Shown here piece after piece: positions 12,110 through 26,243 of a DNA stretch of 64,000 nt (positions are counted from its first letter, which is position 1; each line of letters begins with the position of its first letter). This DNA comes from Eledone cirrhosa (taxonomy: Eukaryota). Made by a program: the position numbers and the translations under genes. Location of the stretch: positions 60,016,001-60,080,000 of the forward strand of contig OZ024742.1 in the NCBI GenBank assembly GCA_964016885.1, given 5' to 3'. The notes under the pieces are model-generated. The model was not told the origin of the DNA and did not search any database. It was given only the letters and a program-made list of their open reading frames with translations.

Positions 12110-12395
12110 GTAATAATAATAAATTTGAAGACTAAAATCCAAAGAGGGCCTCGATACGGATAAATAGATATCAATTATATAAGCACCGTAGAACAATTGT
12201 TTATTAAAATAACAGATTAAAGTTTAAGCAAAGAATCGCTGCTTTCACCCTTAACGGGATCTTCTGAAACTAAAAAAAGTCAATCTGTGAACGCAGAGGT
12301 AAATATTTCAAAAAACGTTGCAACCGAAGGAAGACAGGAGACGATACTTTGGTTCGTTTTTTGAAATATTTACTTCCGCGTATTGACTTTTTTTT
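12110..12395. repeat. unclassified repeat with a ~125-nt imperfect hairpin (12271-12395); rearranged partial copy at 24935-25058
   Basis: ATTAAAATAACAGATTAAAGTTTAAGCAAAGAATCGCTGCTTTC occurs at both sites; 12112-12180 is inverted at 24988-25058. Confidence 0.65.
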
Positions 12396-12740
12396 AGCTT
12401 GTGATTTTTTTTGCTTGAAATTTTTTTCCTTGTGCCTTTTACTTATACCTATTACACTTCCAACCAGTGTTGCCTGTAATTGTGTTCTTTCAAGCAGAAC
12501 ATCTTTTTAACTCCCGACTCTCCACATGATGCCTTTGACACTAATAACAATTATGTTCTAAATGACTAGGATTTTAGATACATGTTTCGACATTCCTTAT
12601 GCTCCGATGAATCCAGACTCCCCTCTGGAAGAAACAATTGTCAACAGATAAATATTCTAAACTAAAATTTGATCGTTTTAACACTTTATATATATATATA
12701 TATATATATATGCATGTGTGTGTATATATGCGTGTGTGTG

Positions 12741-12800
<60 letters not shown>

Positions 12801-12954
12801 AAGTAGACTATATGAAAACACATATAAAAAATACGAGGTTTGACTGAAAAGAAACGGGACTGTTCTCACAAACAATTTATTTCAATTCCAAACAAAAAAC
12901 TGCGTGGTTTCTCCTTCAAATAATCCCCCTTGAGTCTAATGCACTTTTCCTTCT

Positions 12955-13176
12955 ATCTTTTCCAAGCACCGCTAGAAGAATTATTCTTGGTTATCCCTCA
13001 ACTTCTTCGTTATGGCCCTCTTGGTGGCATCCACGCCTTGAAAGCTGGTCAGCTGGTTGCCTTGATGACCCCACGAGCTTGGGGAAAAAGAAATAAGTCG
13101 CATAGAGCAAGATCAGGTGAATACGGAGGTTGATCCAATACAGCGATGTTCTTCTCGGCCAGGAATTGCCGGATGA
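12955..13176 (-). pseudogene. mariner transposase remnant (C-terminal catalytic region)
   Basis: Minus strand reads RQFLAEKNIAVLDQPPYSPDLALCDLFLFPKL (mariner YSPDLAP motif). Confidence 0.85.
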
Positions 13177-14262
13177 CTAGTGCACGAGTCAGGGATAGAT
13201 AGATAGAGAGTGATAGAAAGTGTCACATATATTAAATGAACGCCTATAGACTAGTGTTTTTCACTGATTCATAGCAAAATTAAAAACTATATCCAGCAAT
13301 TAAAAATGTTTGTATCATATTCTGATATGCGGTCATTGTTGTAATATATGCAAACTGATAAAAAATAATAAAACCTCTCAAATGGTAATTCGTCCATTAT
13401 GAATTGTTTATCTTTTTAGAGTTGTATGAAAACACAAAACAAATTGAATTAAATTAAAATACATAAAACTATATTAAATTAGATTAAATTAGATTTACGT
13501 AAATTAAATTTCAGTATTATTTCATGACTCTGTGTGTATTAGGCGGAATAAAAGAACATAAAAAAGAAACGAAAATGCTGATGAAGAGCATCGCATTAAA
13601 ATATTTTAGATCCCATTAGAAATACGATACCATTCAGATAGAGAATTTTAGCGAAATACAGAAAGACATACACATAAACCTCATATAATATTACACATAT
13701 TACTCAAAAATAGAAAGGTTTGTGAAAAAAATGTTTTGATGAGGGTCACACATTTTGGCGAAGGACGGTCAACTAAAATAAATCCTGATGAATTTCTATA
13801 CAGGTTCGTACTGATGCCTTCGTGGATTATTGTTCAAATCCAGAAAGGCATGTGACAGCATAATGGGGATTTGTGAAAGCCTGGAAAACTAACGGTGGTT
13901 TCACGAAAGCATATACGCACGTTATTTTGCCAATGCATTTAAAGAAGTAGATCTGGGGAAACAATTTGTTGAGTGCATAATTAAGTATCTCCTTACATAG
14001 GGTTTCTTTATTTGCATATTTGAAGTTGAGTTTCCGTTTCAAAGGACGTGGTATTGTAGGAAGGGGCAAAAGAAATCCTGTTTCAAATATATATATATAT
14101 GTATATTTACATTACTTGTCAGAAAGGACCTTCTCCTGCGCACTTATTTTACTGTAAATGCAAATAGTTACTAGACGAAAGGAAAACTCTTAAAATCTTA
14201 CATAATAAGGGGTACTTAAACATCCATAAAAAGCTATTGATGAATATATGTATATATATCTA

Positions 14263-14420
<158 letters not shown>

Positions 14421-15849
14421 TGCGTTTCTGTGTGTATGTATAATCACACATTAGAATTGGATAAAAAACCAACCCTAACCTTAACAATTTTAGAAAATAT
14501 TTATATCAAGTGACTTTTAAAAAATTAATCTTTTTTCTACCACTGTTGGTATAAATACATTGTATAATTTCTTATAAGTTTGATATGATAGAATCTGAAA
14601 TTTGATACCGTCATACAGTTTATTCTTAAAATAAAATATCGATAGCCACATTCTAATATTTGTTGAATATACTGTGTATATATAATACAAACAATAACAA
14701 TATAAAATCTATTAAAATGTAAATATATCTTGATGGAAAATCACCATGTTTTTGTCACATTATTCCTATTTTTTACTTGTATTAATTGTATTTCAACAGC
14801 GGAATTAACTTTTTATGAATTTTGTCTTTTCTTTTAAATCCCACTTTAATATTCCCAGACTGAAATTTATATTTATGCTAGAAGCATTTTTATGGAATAC
14901 CAATCTTTGTTTATACTGTTATAAAGGAGCTTAAAGACATTATAGTATTACTGTATTAAATCTTTTTTTCCATTTACATTTTTAAACTAATTTATAAATT
15001 AAAATATGTCTATCATGTATTTTCTTTTACAGAATATACTCTTCTCGTAATGTAAAGGATTTACTGCATAAAGTGTATCTAAATATTCTAAGACAGAATA
15101 TAATCAAAACGTATAATATTGTAGAGTAATATTTTACGCTGTATGTCGGCTGTTCGGACTTATTTCAATTCTGGTGGAGTATGCAATGAAAGGGATTCTA
15201 ATATTTACTCACCTCACTCTTTTGAGTATAACTAGAACTACTACTTCAACATGTCTTTTTAATTGACCAAAACGTATTCTAATAAGATAAGTCTGTTATT
15301 TCTATCAGGACGATATCCGAAATGTAATATATTTTGACATCTGGTTGCGTTGTAGAACAATTCTACTTCACTACATATACAGCTTCCATAACAAGGGTAT
15401 ATTCCCAGTTTGAATGAACCTCACCTATTTGGTGGATGATTTAAGCTCTTGATCATAGCATTATAACATTTCATTACTTTCATTATTCTCAAAGAATGAT
15501 GTAAGAAAAACCTAACTTTAGCACAAATGGATTTATCTTTCATGGACAATACCGATGAGATATAAATGTATCGATATGTGTATATGAAAATAATAATACA
15601 TAAGTGAAAGAAATACATTAAAAATAGATAAGACTGACTACATTCGATCTCCCACGCCAAGTTTTCCATTGAGAATAATACCGATAACGAATGTTTAATT
15701 TATGCACAAAACCAACAATTTGGTGGTAGGGGAAAGTCGACTCTATCGATCTCAGTGTTTGATTTGTATTTTATTCTATCTTAGCAGTGCTGCGAAAACT
15801 GACACATTCGTACTCACAGGGAAGCCTACGTAGTTCACTTTACATATGA

Positions 15850-16400
15850 ATGTAATTCCACTGAAGCTGGTAGAGAAGTTCAAGTATCTCGGGACCGTGT
15901 TCAGGCGTGATGGACTGCAGGAGGATGAATAAAGTGCAAGAATTCAACATTCGGAAATCAGAAGGGAGATGGATTAAGAACCAAACTCGCTATCTTCAGT
16001 TCGGTATTCGTGCCAACTCTTACCTACGGTCACGAATCTTGGGTAATGGCCGAAACAATACGATTGCGAATACAAGCGGCTGAAATGAGGTTCTTTCGAA
16101 GAGTCTTTAAAGTAACTTTACTCGATAGAGTGCGTATCTAGGAGATCAAAGAATCACTCCAAGTAGAGACCTTACTTCTCCAAATTGAGAGATCACAGCT
16201 CCGATACTATGGGTAAGCGGTTAGAATATCTCAGGAAAGAATCGCTGGTCAGATTTTTCGGGCGAAACAAACCGGCAGGAGACCCAGCGATAGAGCTTGG
16301 CTGCTCTTGCTTGGGTATCATTTCAGATAGAGATGCTTCTGAGAGGATCTGCTTTAAATGCGTGTTTGAGGACTCTACACGCATGATCCTCACTAGAAGA
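15850..16400 (+). mobile_element. RTE-clade (Rex3/Expander-like) LINE 3' fragment, decayed
   Basis: VEKFKYLG...; KLAIFSSVFVPTLTYGHESWVMAETIRLRIQAAEMRFFRRV; IERSQLRYY. Confidence 0.85.
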
Positions 16401-18143
16401 AGAAGAAGAATAAATTTGATTTCATCTAATCAGAGGTTTCGAACATGTTGGTATCAAATGAATTAAATTTCGAAGTGCATCCTGTACAAAACAGTCCTCG
16501 ACATTAAAAGAATGCTGTGATGATAGTAGGTTGGAATTGTTCTTTAGTATGGTCACTTATTTAGTCTTACTCTCTCCATGAGACTAGATATAAAGATGAC
16601 AATGAATATCTTAAGATTGAACAGTTTACGACATAAAGGGGGACATGTGGAAATATAAAGTGAATTGCTAACTAAGAATGGTGACTGCATATATGATTAT
16701 ATTCAATTATTGAATCAAAGAAGCATTTATGTTCACTAATCTCATCGGCACTCAGGCATAAACTCAAATATGTACAGTATAAATACGAAAGATGTATGAA
16801 AAGCAATTCAATCTGGGATGGTTAAACAGACGATTTTACTGCTGACATTTGAAAATTGCCAAATAGTCCTTTAGGAAATTGGAAATAAACTAATGAAATA
16901 GTTGATTCGATTACATTTAAATAGTTCAGTTAATATTTAAGAATTAAAATCTTATCTTCATATACTTCTAATCGCTATGTTTATTAATACGCGTAGGACA
17001 TTAACAGAGGCAATGATAAAGCAAATGTAGAAAGCGAACTTATCAAAAGTATGCATTGTTATACTTACAGTAATTCTTATGTAACTAGTGATACTGGAGA
17101 TTTTATATTGTTGCAGCAATAATAATGTATGGAGGTTCCGAATATTTGAAAAGCCGTAATCTTGGTTTTTCTACTGTAAATTAAACAAATAATTATCACT
17201 ATTTGTCTTGTATTTGGAGAAATATGCTAAAATAGACAAATAGGGGCAATATTATTCTTAACTAATTAGACAGTTAACTAATTAGTAACAGTTAATAGTG
17301 ATGCAAATAAATGGGGGTTTATTTGAAGAAGAGATTTATAGAAACATTTACTATGGTAGAATACACTTGAACACAGTACAGCGCTGTGAGATTGAACCAG
17401 GAACCAACTTAAATTAATAAGCTGGTTTGACTGCTCAGCTTAGTAGACATAAGAATTTAGCCGGGATGTTTGGCCTAACATTGAGCGCACGATCAAATGA
17501 TAGAGTGTCCCATTCCCAAATGAGATAAGGAGCTATGTGTCTCAGTAAGAGAGCTTTATTCTTTTTGCGCCATCACAGCTGAGAATAACTACCACCGGCC
17601 GCTGAAAGATAGATCCACGAGGATTTCGCATCGGACTGTAGATGAGTATTTTAGAAATGTAGCCTGAGAAATTTAACGAAGCGTCAACATACCTATAATA
17701 TACACTATACGCATTATATGGATCTTTTCTGCTCGTTATAAACAACTAAACAAACAACGCACATACACATATATTTTTTTATATACATATACACATACAT
17801 ATACATATATGTATACATGCACATATATAAATTGATATACATATAAATATGTAAATACACTACATATAGTCACACATATTATATATATATATATATATTA
17901 GTTTTGCGAGGTTTTTGATATGAAATAGTGTGTCGAAACAAATATTGTTATACTTAGGGAGGGTCATATTTGTGTAATAATATTGCCAGAATTAATAACA
18001 GAACACACTCACTGTTTGGTTGGTTTTCGCTTCTGTGTCTTTTATATCGGTTAATTTAATTTATTCGGTCCTCAATGTTGCCATTGACTGACCAACGGTC
18101 AAAAATACAGATACAATATAGACACAAACACATATTTATAGTC

Positions 18144-18190
18144 TAACAAAGTTCTTTCGTTGCACATCTGCAACATCGTCAGTGGTGCTA
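18144..18190 (-). ncRNA. variant minimal hammerhead-like motif
   Basis: tagcacca CTGACGA t gttgca-gatg-tgcaac GAAA gaac TT tgtta; stem I is imperfect; degenerate copies at 11487-11533(-) and 22380-22427(+). Confidence 0.55.
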
Positions 18191-18417
18191 TTATGTTTCC
18201 TCCCGTTGCATTGTATGCTTACGCCATCTTTATTTAGTTGTTTATTATTTTATTTATTTGTTTATTTTTTTTGTCTTCTCTGCGCATGCGTTTACGTGTG
18301 TGTATAGTGTTTTGTTTGATGTGTGTTCGTGTTTGGGTGACTGTGTATTGTTATTGTATTCTATCTTAGTTTACTAGTGTGTGTTTATATGTGTTTGTTA
18401 TTATTGTGCTTGTGTAT

Positions 18418-18448
<31 letters not shown>

Positions 18449-19288
18449 TACTCTCTTAGGTCAGTGTTGTTTGTTTGGGTGTTGTTGTTATTCCATTCAT
18501 TTTTTCTGTTTAGCCTTGGCCTTCTAAGTTCTATTTCGCTGGCCTCTCTGATTTGCCTATCTGCTGGGTCATTTCTATGTTTAGATATTATTCTAATTTC
18601 TATGTTGTCTATGTTACCGTCGTGTTGTGGTCTAGCATGTTCGTATGGTACTGAACCGTTTTTTCATCCTTTTAGTCCCCCCCCCCCCAGTGTTGGTCTA
18701 CCCTTCCACCTATGCTACGAGCTGTCTCGCCTATGTATGTTGTTGTCATGTTTCTGCAAGTACCCTCTGTACATCTTATGCTATAGACTACGTTTCTAGT
18801 TTTATAGTTTATCCGGGGGTTTACTTTACATATGATTCATTTCCTATTAGTACAGTGGGTTTTCTTAAAAGGGTATGTTTTGTTGATCAGGGATTTTATG
18901 GTAGTTCCTGGCTTTTCTACCCCCTTAATCTTTAAGTGGGTATTTCACAGGGCCTTTCTACACTGGTTAGCTAATTTTCTTCCAAGGGTAACGTCAACAA
19001 ACATGACACTCTGGTATCTCTGGTTGTCGTTCCATGAGGTGGCTTTCCCTATCTTATGTCTAGTCCTATCTAACCTATTCCATGATTTGCTCCTGTATAA
19101 TGGGCAAATTTCTTTCATGTCCAGTTCTAGGAGGGTCTTATACTTCTCCGTGGCTCCTTCGTATACTCTGATTCTGTCCCTCTGGTTGTAGCCAGAGAAC
19201 TACATGCGGTTGATGAAGTGTTGGATGTGTCTTTCCATTTCTGTTGGGTCACACATGCGGGACGAGTTCTTCATCACTCGTACCAAGT

Positions 19289-19366
19289 CTGCGATCAGAA
19301 TAAACTTAGCACTACTGCGATCAGAATAAACTTAGCACTACTGCGATCAGAATAAACTTAGCACTA
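19289..19366. repeat. 26-bp tandem triplication disrupting the PLE RT thumb region
   Basis: CTGCGATCAGAATAAACTTAGCACTA x3. Confidence 0.95.
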
Positions 19367-20894
19367 CTGGACATTGCTGAGTTTTTGAGTATCAGGTATT
19401 TGGAGGCCATGGGTTTAGCATAGTGTGAGTGGAGAATTCGGGCTCTCTCGTCTATAGTGTTAATCCAGAATTCCGTGTCTAATATAGGTAGTCTATTGTT
19501 AGGGTGTTTGGAAGGGTAGTCGATAGTTACAGTTATACTCTGGTGTATGGAATTAGCTATCTGCTGGATGCTTTCCATTGTGCTACGTTCTAAATCAAAC
19601 TTGTTAGTGCTCTCTTGTGGGGATGTCCTTATTACTATATTGATGTCGTCTACGTAACGAGAGTACATGATGAGGTCTATGGAGCTCTCATCAAGGTGAT
19701 CTTTGAGTCTCCTTTCCCACCATACCATAAATAGGTTGGCAACGTCACCAGCTATGCTGACACCAATGGGTGCTCCCTCATTTTGGGTGTAGATCTTATC
19801 GTTGAATTTGAATATGTGGTCCTTTAGGGTAGTTTTGATACTAGCCCCTATTGCATGTGCGACCATTTTTCTTACCTGATCATTGTTTTGGGGGGTCCAT
19901 ATAGCTTTGGCCACCCAATCCACCTTCCCATGGGAGTCTTTTTTGCCATTGAGGTTATGGTGGGGGTTCTTACGGGTCTACTGGGGCAGAAACGTCTAAG
20001 GTCATGCTGTCTAGGTAGTTAGTGTCGTAGGTAAGTCTAAGTACGAAGCCCAGTTCGCCTGTGTTGACGTCGCAGAACTCCACCTCACTCTCTCTGATCA
20101 TCTCCATACATTTTTCCACAGCGAAATCAATGTTAATGGATGGGTACAGTGATATCACATCCATACTGCCTATTATGCAGTCGGATAGGTTCCTGTTTTT
20201 GTTGCACTCACTGATTCTGCTGAGGAGGTCCTCTGTACTGTCACATACATCTCTGGACATCTTGATTATGGGCCGTATAACCGTTGAGAGGAAGTAGGAG
20301 ATCCTGTTGTTGCTAGCTATATTTTCTCCGCATACATGTCTTGTTGGTGGTCCTGTTATCGGGTCGTCGACTGTCTTGTGGTGCAGCCCATACAAGGGTG
20401 GTCTGCCATTGTTAGACGGCTGGAAGTTGTTGGAAGTGCGTCTGCTTGGATTATGATGTCGGTCCACATTATCATGTGAACGTTGAGGATATTCTCTCTC
20501 CCCTCATGTGTTTGTTGTGTAATTTCGCCCATGTTGGTGATGTGGGTTGCATAGCCTTGATGTAGTTCGGCATGCTATCTATTGACATCCTACGAGACTT
20601 ATCCGTGGGTAGACATACTACCTCACCAGCCATTGTGCGCTGCTTGAGACTAACCAAGCCTTCTACAGGTTTCCTCCGAAGTTGTTGGACCTCTGGTCTG
20701 CTCTGTCTCTTATTATACCGGTCTACTATTTGTCTAATTTTATTTCTAGCTATGGTGAACTGTGCCTCTGTCTCGTCATCTATTTGTTGTGGAATGCAAA
20801 CCCTTTTATTAAAGGGTAACCACGTAGGATAGATATTACCCATCTTATATGTTTTGTCAGCTGGGTTGAAGAATAGTTTCTCTAAGGGGTTGTC

Positions 20895-21425
20895 ATTATA
20901 TCTATCGTCGTAGTTGTGTTTGTTGCTATTATTGTTATTATGGTTGTTGTTGTTGTTGTTGTTGTTCCTATCATTAGCATTATTATTATTGTTATGATTG
21001 CTAGATGTATTGTTGTTGTGATTGTTATTTTCTTGAGCGTTATTGTTGTTGTTACTGTTATTTCTACCATTGTGGTTGTTACTTTTATTATGTTTCTTGT
21101 TTTTGTTGTTGTTGTGCCTATCATTAATGTTGCTACATATATTATTTCTATTATTACCACTGTGGTTGTTGTTGTTGTTACTCGTATTATTACCGTTATT
21201 ACAACTGTGGTCACTGCTGCTGTGTCTGTAGTTAATGTTTCTATTATTATTATTATTGTGGTTGTTGTTGTTCTGTCTATCGTTAATATTATTACCATTA
21301 TTACTATTTCTCACTCTCCTGCTATTGTTATTGTTATGACTATTACTATTATAGCTGTTATTTCTATACTCAGAGTTATTGTTTATATTACTACTATCGT
21401 TATTTTTGTTTTTGTATTGTTGTTT
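20895..21425 (-). repeat. (AAC/AAT)n low-complexity tract encoding poly-Asn inside the PLE ORF
   Basis: In frame with ORF 20472-21458. Confidence 0.85.
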
Positions 21426-22546
21426 ACTTTTGCATTCCAACGTATTTTTGTGAAACACTTTTCAGGCTCCGTTTTGCACTCGATAGGGTTAATCTTTTTG
21501 TAGATGGCAAATTTTGGGGGTAGCTGCAGGATTTGTTGTTCTTGTTCACTAATTAAAATGTTCCCATAAATATTTACTGTGTGGTCATTGGTAAATTCTT
21601 CCGGTAGTTCTACATCAGTCATACGGATATTGTTGATGTTATCTGGGTATTTTTGTGAATATTCTATTTTTCTTTCTCCTAGTTTTTTCTTATTCATCCA
21701 TTCTAATTACTTATTCTATTCGTTTCGGGCGTATTTCGTTTCACGTCGAATGACGCTCATGAAGTCATCCCTCTCGTTTGGTGTGGTGAGATTTCGGACT
21801 TCCTTACCGTTAATGCGTTTCTGTCTGTAAAGTTCGTTAACTTTTGTGTATGTTGTTATTTTCATATTAACTGTTATTGTATGTTTTAGTCGTTCAGCTT
21901 GTGTTTTGTTCAATAATAAATTATTTACTTGTTTTGATATGTTTGTTGTGTATATTTTGAATGAAACACAGTGTTTTAAGAAGCGGATTTGTTCTGTTGA
22001 TATTGTAGTTTTTATATAACAGAAAACAGTGTCTTTCAATAACCTTTTAGTTTGGCACAAGATAATGCCATAACGGCGATGAATTAGTTTTGCGAGGTTT
22101 TTGATATGAAATCGTGTGTCGAAACAAATATTGTTATACTTGGGGAGGGTCATATTTGTGTAATAATATTGCCAGAATTAATAACAGAACACACTCACTG
22201 TTTGGTTGGTTTTCGCTTCTGTGTCTTTTATATCGGTTAATTTAATTTATTAGGTCCTATACTATACACACACGCAAACGCATGCGCAGAGAAGACAAAA
22301 AACAACAACAAATAAATAAATAAATAAACAGACTAAATAAAGATGACGTAAGCATACAATACAACGGGAGGAAACATAATAGCACCACTGACGTTCTTGC
22401 AGATGTGCAACGAAAGAACTTTGTTAGACTATATATATGTGATGTGCTTGTATCTATATTGCATCTTTATTTTTGACCGTTGGTCAGTCAATGGTAACAT
22501 TGAGGACCGAATAAATTAAATTAACCGATATATATATATATATATA

Positions 22547-22744
22547 TACCAGGGTTGCTGAATATCTCATAGGCTGACTATGAAGGAGGGATGCTAGAGC
22601 TGTGGAATCATGCATGCATTAATTTCAACCCTTCTTATTAATAACAACATTGTTTTTTTCTAGGAGATATGTTGATAAATAAACCACATTTGGTCAATTG
22701 AGAGAATCTAGGACGGCCTATGAACTTTTCAGCTCACCCTTGCA
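22547..22744. mobile_element. mariner-type MITE / internally deleted element
   Basis: Imperfect ~28-bp TIRs CAGGGTTGCTGAATATCTCATAGGC / GCCTATGAACTTTTCAGCTCACCCTTG in TA context; one end recurs on the minus strand at 26297-26358. Confidence 0.65.
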
Positions 22745-22949
22745 TATATATACATAACTCCTTCACACACACATGCACAGACGCACACACACACACATAC
22801 ACGCACACTCACACTCACACACACACACTCACACACACACTCTCACACATACACACACATATATATGAATTAACGTCTAAACTCTGGACTACGTTATGAT
22901 TACGATAAATACGATTGTGTAGACATAACATATGTCTTAACGTTAATTG

Positions 22950-24540
22950 ATACACAAAAACTCTACGCGTTTGATCGCTCTTGCTATGCTGGATATATTC
23001 TTTATGGAGGCCAGTCAAAGCATTTCTACAATTACAGCTTCTCTTTGTTACTTGGTTGCTATTGGGAATAGAACATTGATGGTATATCATTTTATCAAGC
23101 TTATACAGATTACCGTTAAGATGACCTGGGCGTCAAGTCCCATTTGTATTAATTTGATTAACAGCTTTTATGGAACTAACATTATATTTCTTTTGTTTCA
23201 TATAATTGTTAGGTGCTATTTATGATTATCGATATTATCCTTATGTTTATGATTATTGCTATAATTTCTAGTTTTTGTCGTTGAATAATGTAAAATTGTA
23301 CATGTATTTCTCGAGTTGGGTTTACGTAGAGTCCTATTACGCGAGATTACATTATTATAGACATTTCTATCAACCATAGGGGAGTTGACATTCGATACGA
23401 TATTTTCCTTATAACCAGATCTATTCGGTGCTTCGTTGTAATAATGAGCTCTCTGATCAAACCTAGCTTGGTGAGAAGAGAGAGTCCAGTGATTCGGTTT
23501 GATACGTTGTTGACAATAGATTTTAGAATAGATCTTGGGTAGATGGACTGATTTTTCGTGTAGAATAGTTCTTTGCCCGGTTTATGAAAAAGTTTTTACA
23601 CTCCATACTCGAGGTTTAAAGTTACATCTAAAAAGTTTACAACACTTATTTTTAGTATCAATAGTTATAGTTAGGTTATACTCTTTAAAGAATCTCTGTA
23701 AAAGTTTTTATTTATTTTTTTTATTCAACTCTAGGTTTCTACTATTCTTACTAATGGTGAAGAGAGGATCATCAAGATATAGGCCTCCCTTGAAGTGTGA
23801 AAAATGCCTTTGAGTTTGTTTAGTAAGAAAATATCCGCTAATATCGAAATTATTAGGGCGGTTTTACAAGTCCACGAGCTACGAACAAACTCAACTATAG
23901 TCTTTCTAGCAGTTAGTATAATATTGATTTCTGTCTTAGTTGTTACTAGTTCTTTTAGACATAATCAAGGCCGCATTTAGGAGGGTGAAGGAGATTGAAG
24001 AGAAATAGCTATATATGTCAAATTGTATAAAGTTTGATCTATTATTATCCTGAAGTTTCATAAGCTAGTTTACTTCCTCATCAGTGTTATTCGATAATTT
24101 TAAACTGGGTTTTTATTTCCAATCAGGGAAAATTCTGTCTAAAATGTTTTAGCGGTTTATCGTTCAGTATATCATTCTAGTTTGTTCACAATGCGATTCA
24201 TCTCTCTATTAATATTATCCACGTTTTCAGTTGTACTTTTTTGTTGTTTATTTTTGTAGTTCTTATTAATTTCTCTATATATGAATAGTTTAAAAGTTAC
24301 AAAATCAACACTGTATATGTCTTTTGTTCTTTCAGCCATTACGATTTTTTTTTTAGAGTTGAGTACACTAGAATCTAATTAATATAGGAAATTGTTCACA
24401 TATAGAGTTCGTTTCTTAAATTTAATATTTTTATACATATTAATAAAATCACCTTCGAAATTATCTAATAAAATATTACTGGGCTTCTGTAGGTTTTAAA
24501 CCCCAAAGATGTTGGAGGTTGATTATCTACATATTGTCTT
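22950..24540 (-). pseudogene. old Naiad-like PLE RT remnant
   Basis: Minus-strand fragments FIQFDIYSYFSSIS, GGLYLDD, VVNFLDVTLNL, YPRSILKSIVNNVSNRI, HYYNEAPNRSGY, SCNCRN are colinear with the 6652-8874 protein. Confidence 0.8.
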
Positions 24541-25058
24541 GTCATTGCCTTCCGATCCTGGTGTAAGGCACGCCATCATATTCGTCTCGCAAATGAGTTG
24601 AGGCTGTTATCCAGGAGCCTGAGGCGCTAATGCCTATCAGGTATATATATACTCTTGAGTGATGTAAGTAAAACAATCCTTGGTAAACATTTCCAAAGGA
24701 ATTAATAGCTCACAACAAGTAGTGCAGCGTGAGTAATTATAATGGAATAGTCCGGTATTAACATTTGGTAAGTTGAGAAACGCTCAATGTACGATTGAGG
24801 TTTGCAGTAAGTAGGACTTCAAAACTATTGAAAGAGTTTTCTGATAGTCTTCCGATAGTCTTCATACCTACCAAAAAGCATTATCATCATGTATATATAT
24901 ATATACATATATATATATATGTATATATATATTTATTTATTAAAATAACAGATTAAAGTTTAAGCAAAGAATCGCTGCTTTCCCCTTTATATATTTGATA
25001 TATATTTATCCTTATCGAGCTCTCTTTGGAAGTTAGTCATCGCATTTATTATTATTAC

Positions 25059-25107
<49 letters not shown>

Positions 25108-26039
25108 AGAAGCAAAGAATTGCTTATTGTGATCCAGTTTTTGGTTAAGAAAGCCAGTTTCATGGATGGTTTGAACGTACGGTTAGGGGTAACTCCACAA
25201 GTTTGTAAGAATTCCGTTCAATCTTGGAGTATAAAGTATAAAAGAGAAAAAACACAGGTAAGCATTAAGAGAAGGATTTTATCCAGGTATTTACGACCGT
25301 TTCATTGGTAAGTGCAACCTTATATTGCTATACTGCAAATAGCAGCCACTCAATTATAATTGTTGTTTACAGTCCAAATTTTCAAAATAGTAAGTTACTC
25401 TTGAAATAATTCTTAATATATAGAGAAAAACATTTATTAGGGAATTGTATTTACTAGTATAGAGAGAGGAATCAGGAGGTGAGGGGACAGGCGGAATAGT
25501 ATAGAGAGAGGAAGGGGGAAGAGGTAGGAAGTAGAATGACAAACTGAGATGGAGGGAGGGGTAGATGTGGAAGGATTCCTTGGTCAGTTTTGATAGCAGA
25601 CTTCATGTCGTGGAATGTAGTGGGTTAAAGAGAATTAAATTGATCATAGTGGGAGGGATGGATAGAGAGGGAGAGAGAGGGGGGTGGGGAGATATACAGA
25701 GATAAATATTAAAAAAATAAATAAATAAAATAAAGATAAAGATAATAATGACAAAAATAAAAGCAAAGAATGGGGTGAGAAAGAAGAAAAGAAAAGATAG
25801 CCAAGAAGGGGAGTGAAGGAAGGAAGAAAACGAAGAGATAGAAGAGGAATGAGGGAGAAGAGGGGGATGTATGTATTGATTATGTGGGTAATTAAAGGGT
25901 TTAGGTACAACAAGAGGGTATAAAGTCTAAGAATATGCAGTTTGTCAGTTGGTAGTATGAGATTAAGGGTTCGATTTGTAGTGCGAAAACTTCTCTTTGA
26001 GTCTATGGTTACAATAAATTGATCTCTCGATTTTATTGT

Positions 26040-26199
26040 TGAGTAACTTATTCACTTCAATTTATTATAAATTTCCGGTTGGCTGGTTCGTTCGATAACC
26101 AGAAAGTTGTTTATATATTGTCAACGCTCTTTCGTCACACATTGTGTACCCTCCTCAGTGAAAAGGTTTTTATTTTGTGTGTGCTACACCATCTTGTGC

Positions 26200-26200
<1 letters not shown>
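26040..26200 (-). mobile_element. diverged PLE pseudo-LTR fragment with HHR-like core (26118-26164)
   Basis: Homologous to 57605-57750; minus strand tca CTGAGGA gg gtacac-aat-gtgtgac GAAA gagc gt tga. Confidence 0.6.

Positions 26201-26243
<43 letters not shown>

Larger units (their letters stand above)
18500..22153 (-). pseudogene. PLE polyprotein pseudogene (RT + Cys linker + GIY-YIG), multiple frameshifts and stops
   Basis: LPPKF, PTDKS, GSMDVISLYPSI, GAPIGVSIAGDVANLFM, YSRYVDDI, LPILD, C-x4-(*)-x2-C linker, NVVYSIRC...YIGETARS...RVDQH. Confidence 0.88.
17897..22528 (-). mobile_element. Penelope-like retroelement, Neptune-like, disrupted
   Basis: Broken ORF from 22153 to ~18500. Direct terminal repeat 17897-18072 / 22083-22257. 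Inverted pseudo-LTR piece 22258-22528. (TA)n flanks. Confidence 0.9.

Noticed and set aside
13790-14080. Possible minus-strand host exons (e.g. LSQIPIMLSHAFLDLNNNPRRHQYEPV*)
   Set aside because: No recognisable homology and no consistent exon chain; would need RNA-seq
18837-18839. TGA at the second Cys position of the C-x4-C-x2-C linker in the Neptune-like PLE
   Set aside because: The element has many other lesions, including a nearby non-Cys TGA, and no SECIS was seen; point mutation is more parsimonious. Reconsider only if TGA is fixed in other copies.
24050-24086. CTGATGA...GAAA on the minus strand
   Set aside because: It lies within RT coding remnant (NTDEEVN) and lacks a stem I; chance match
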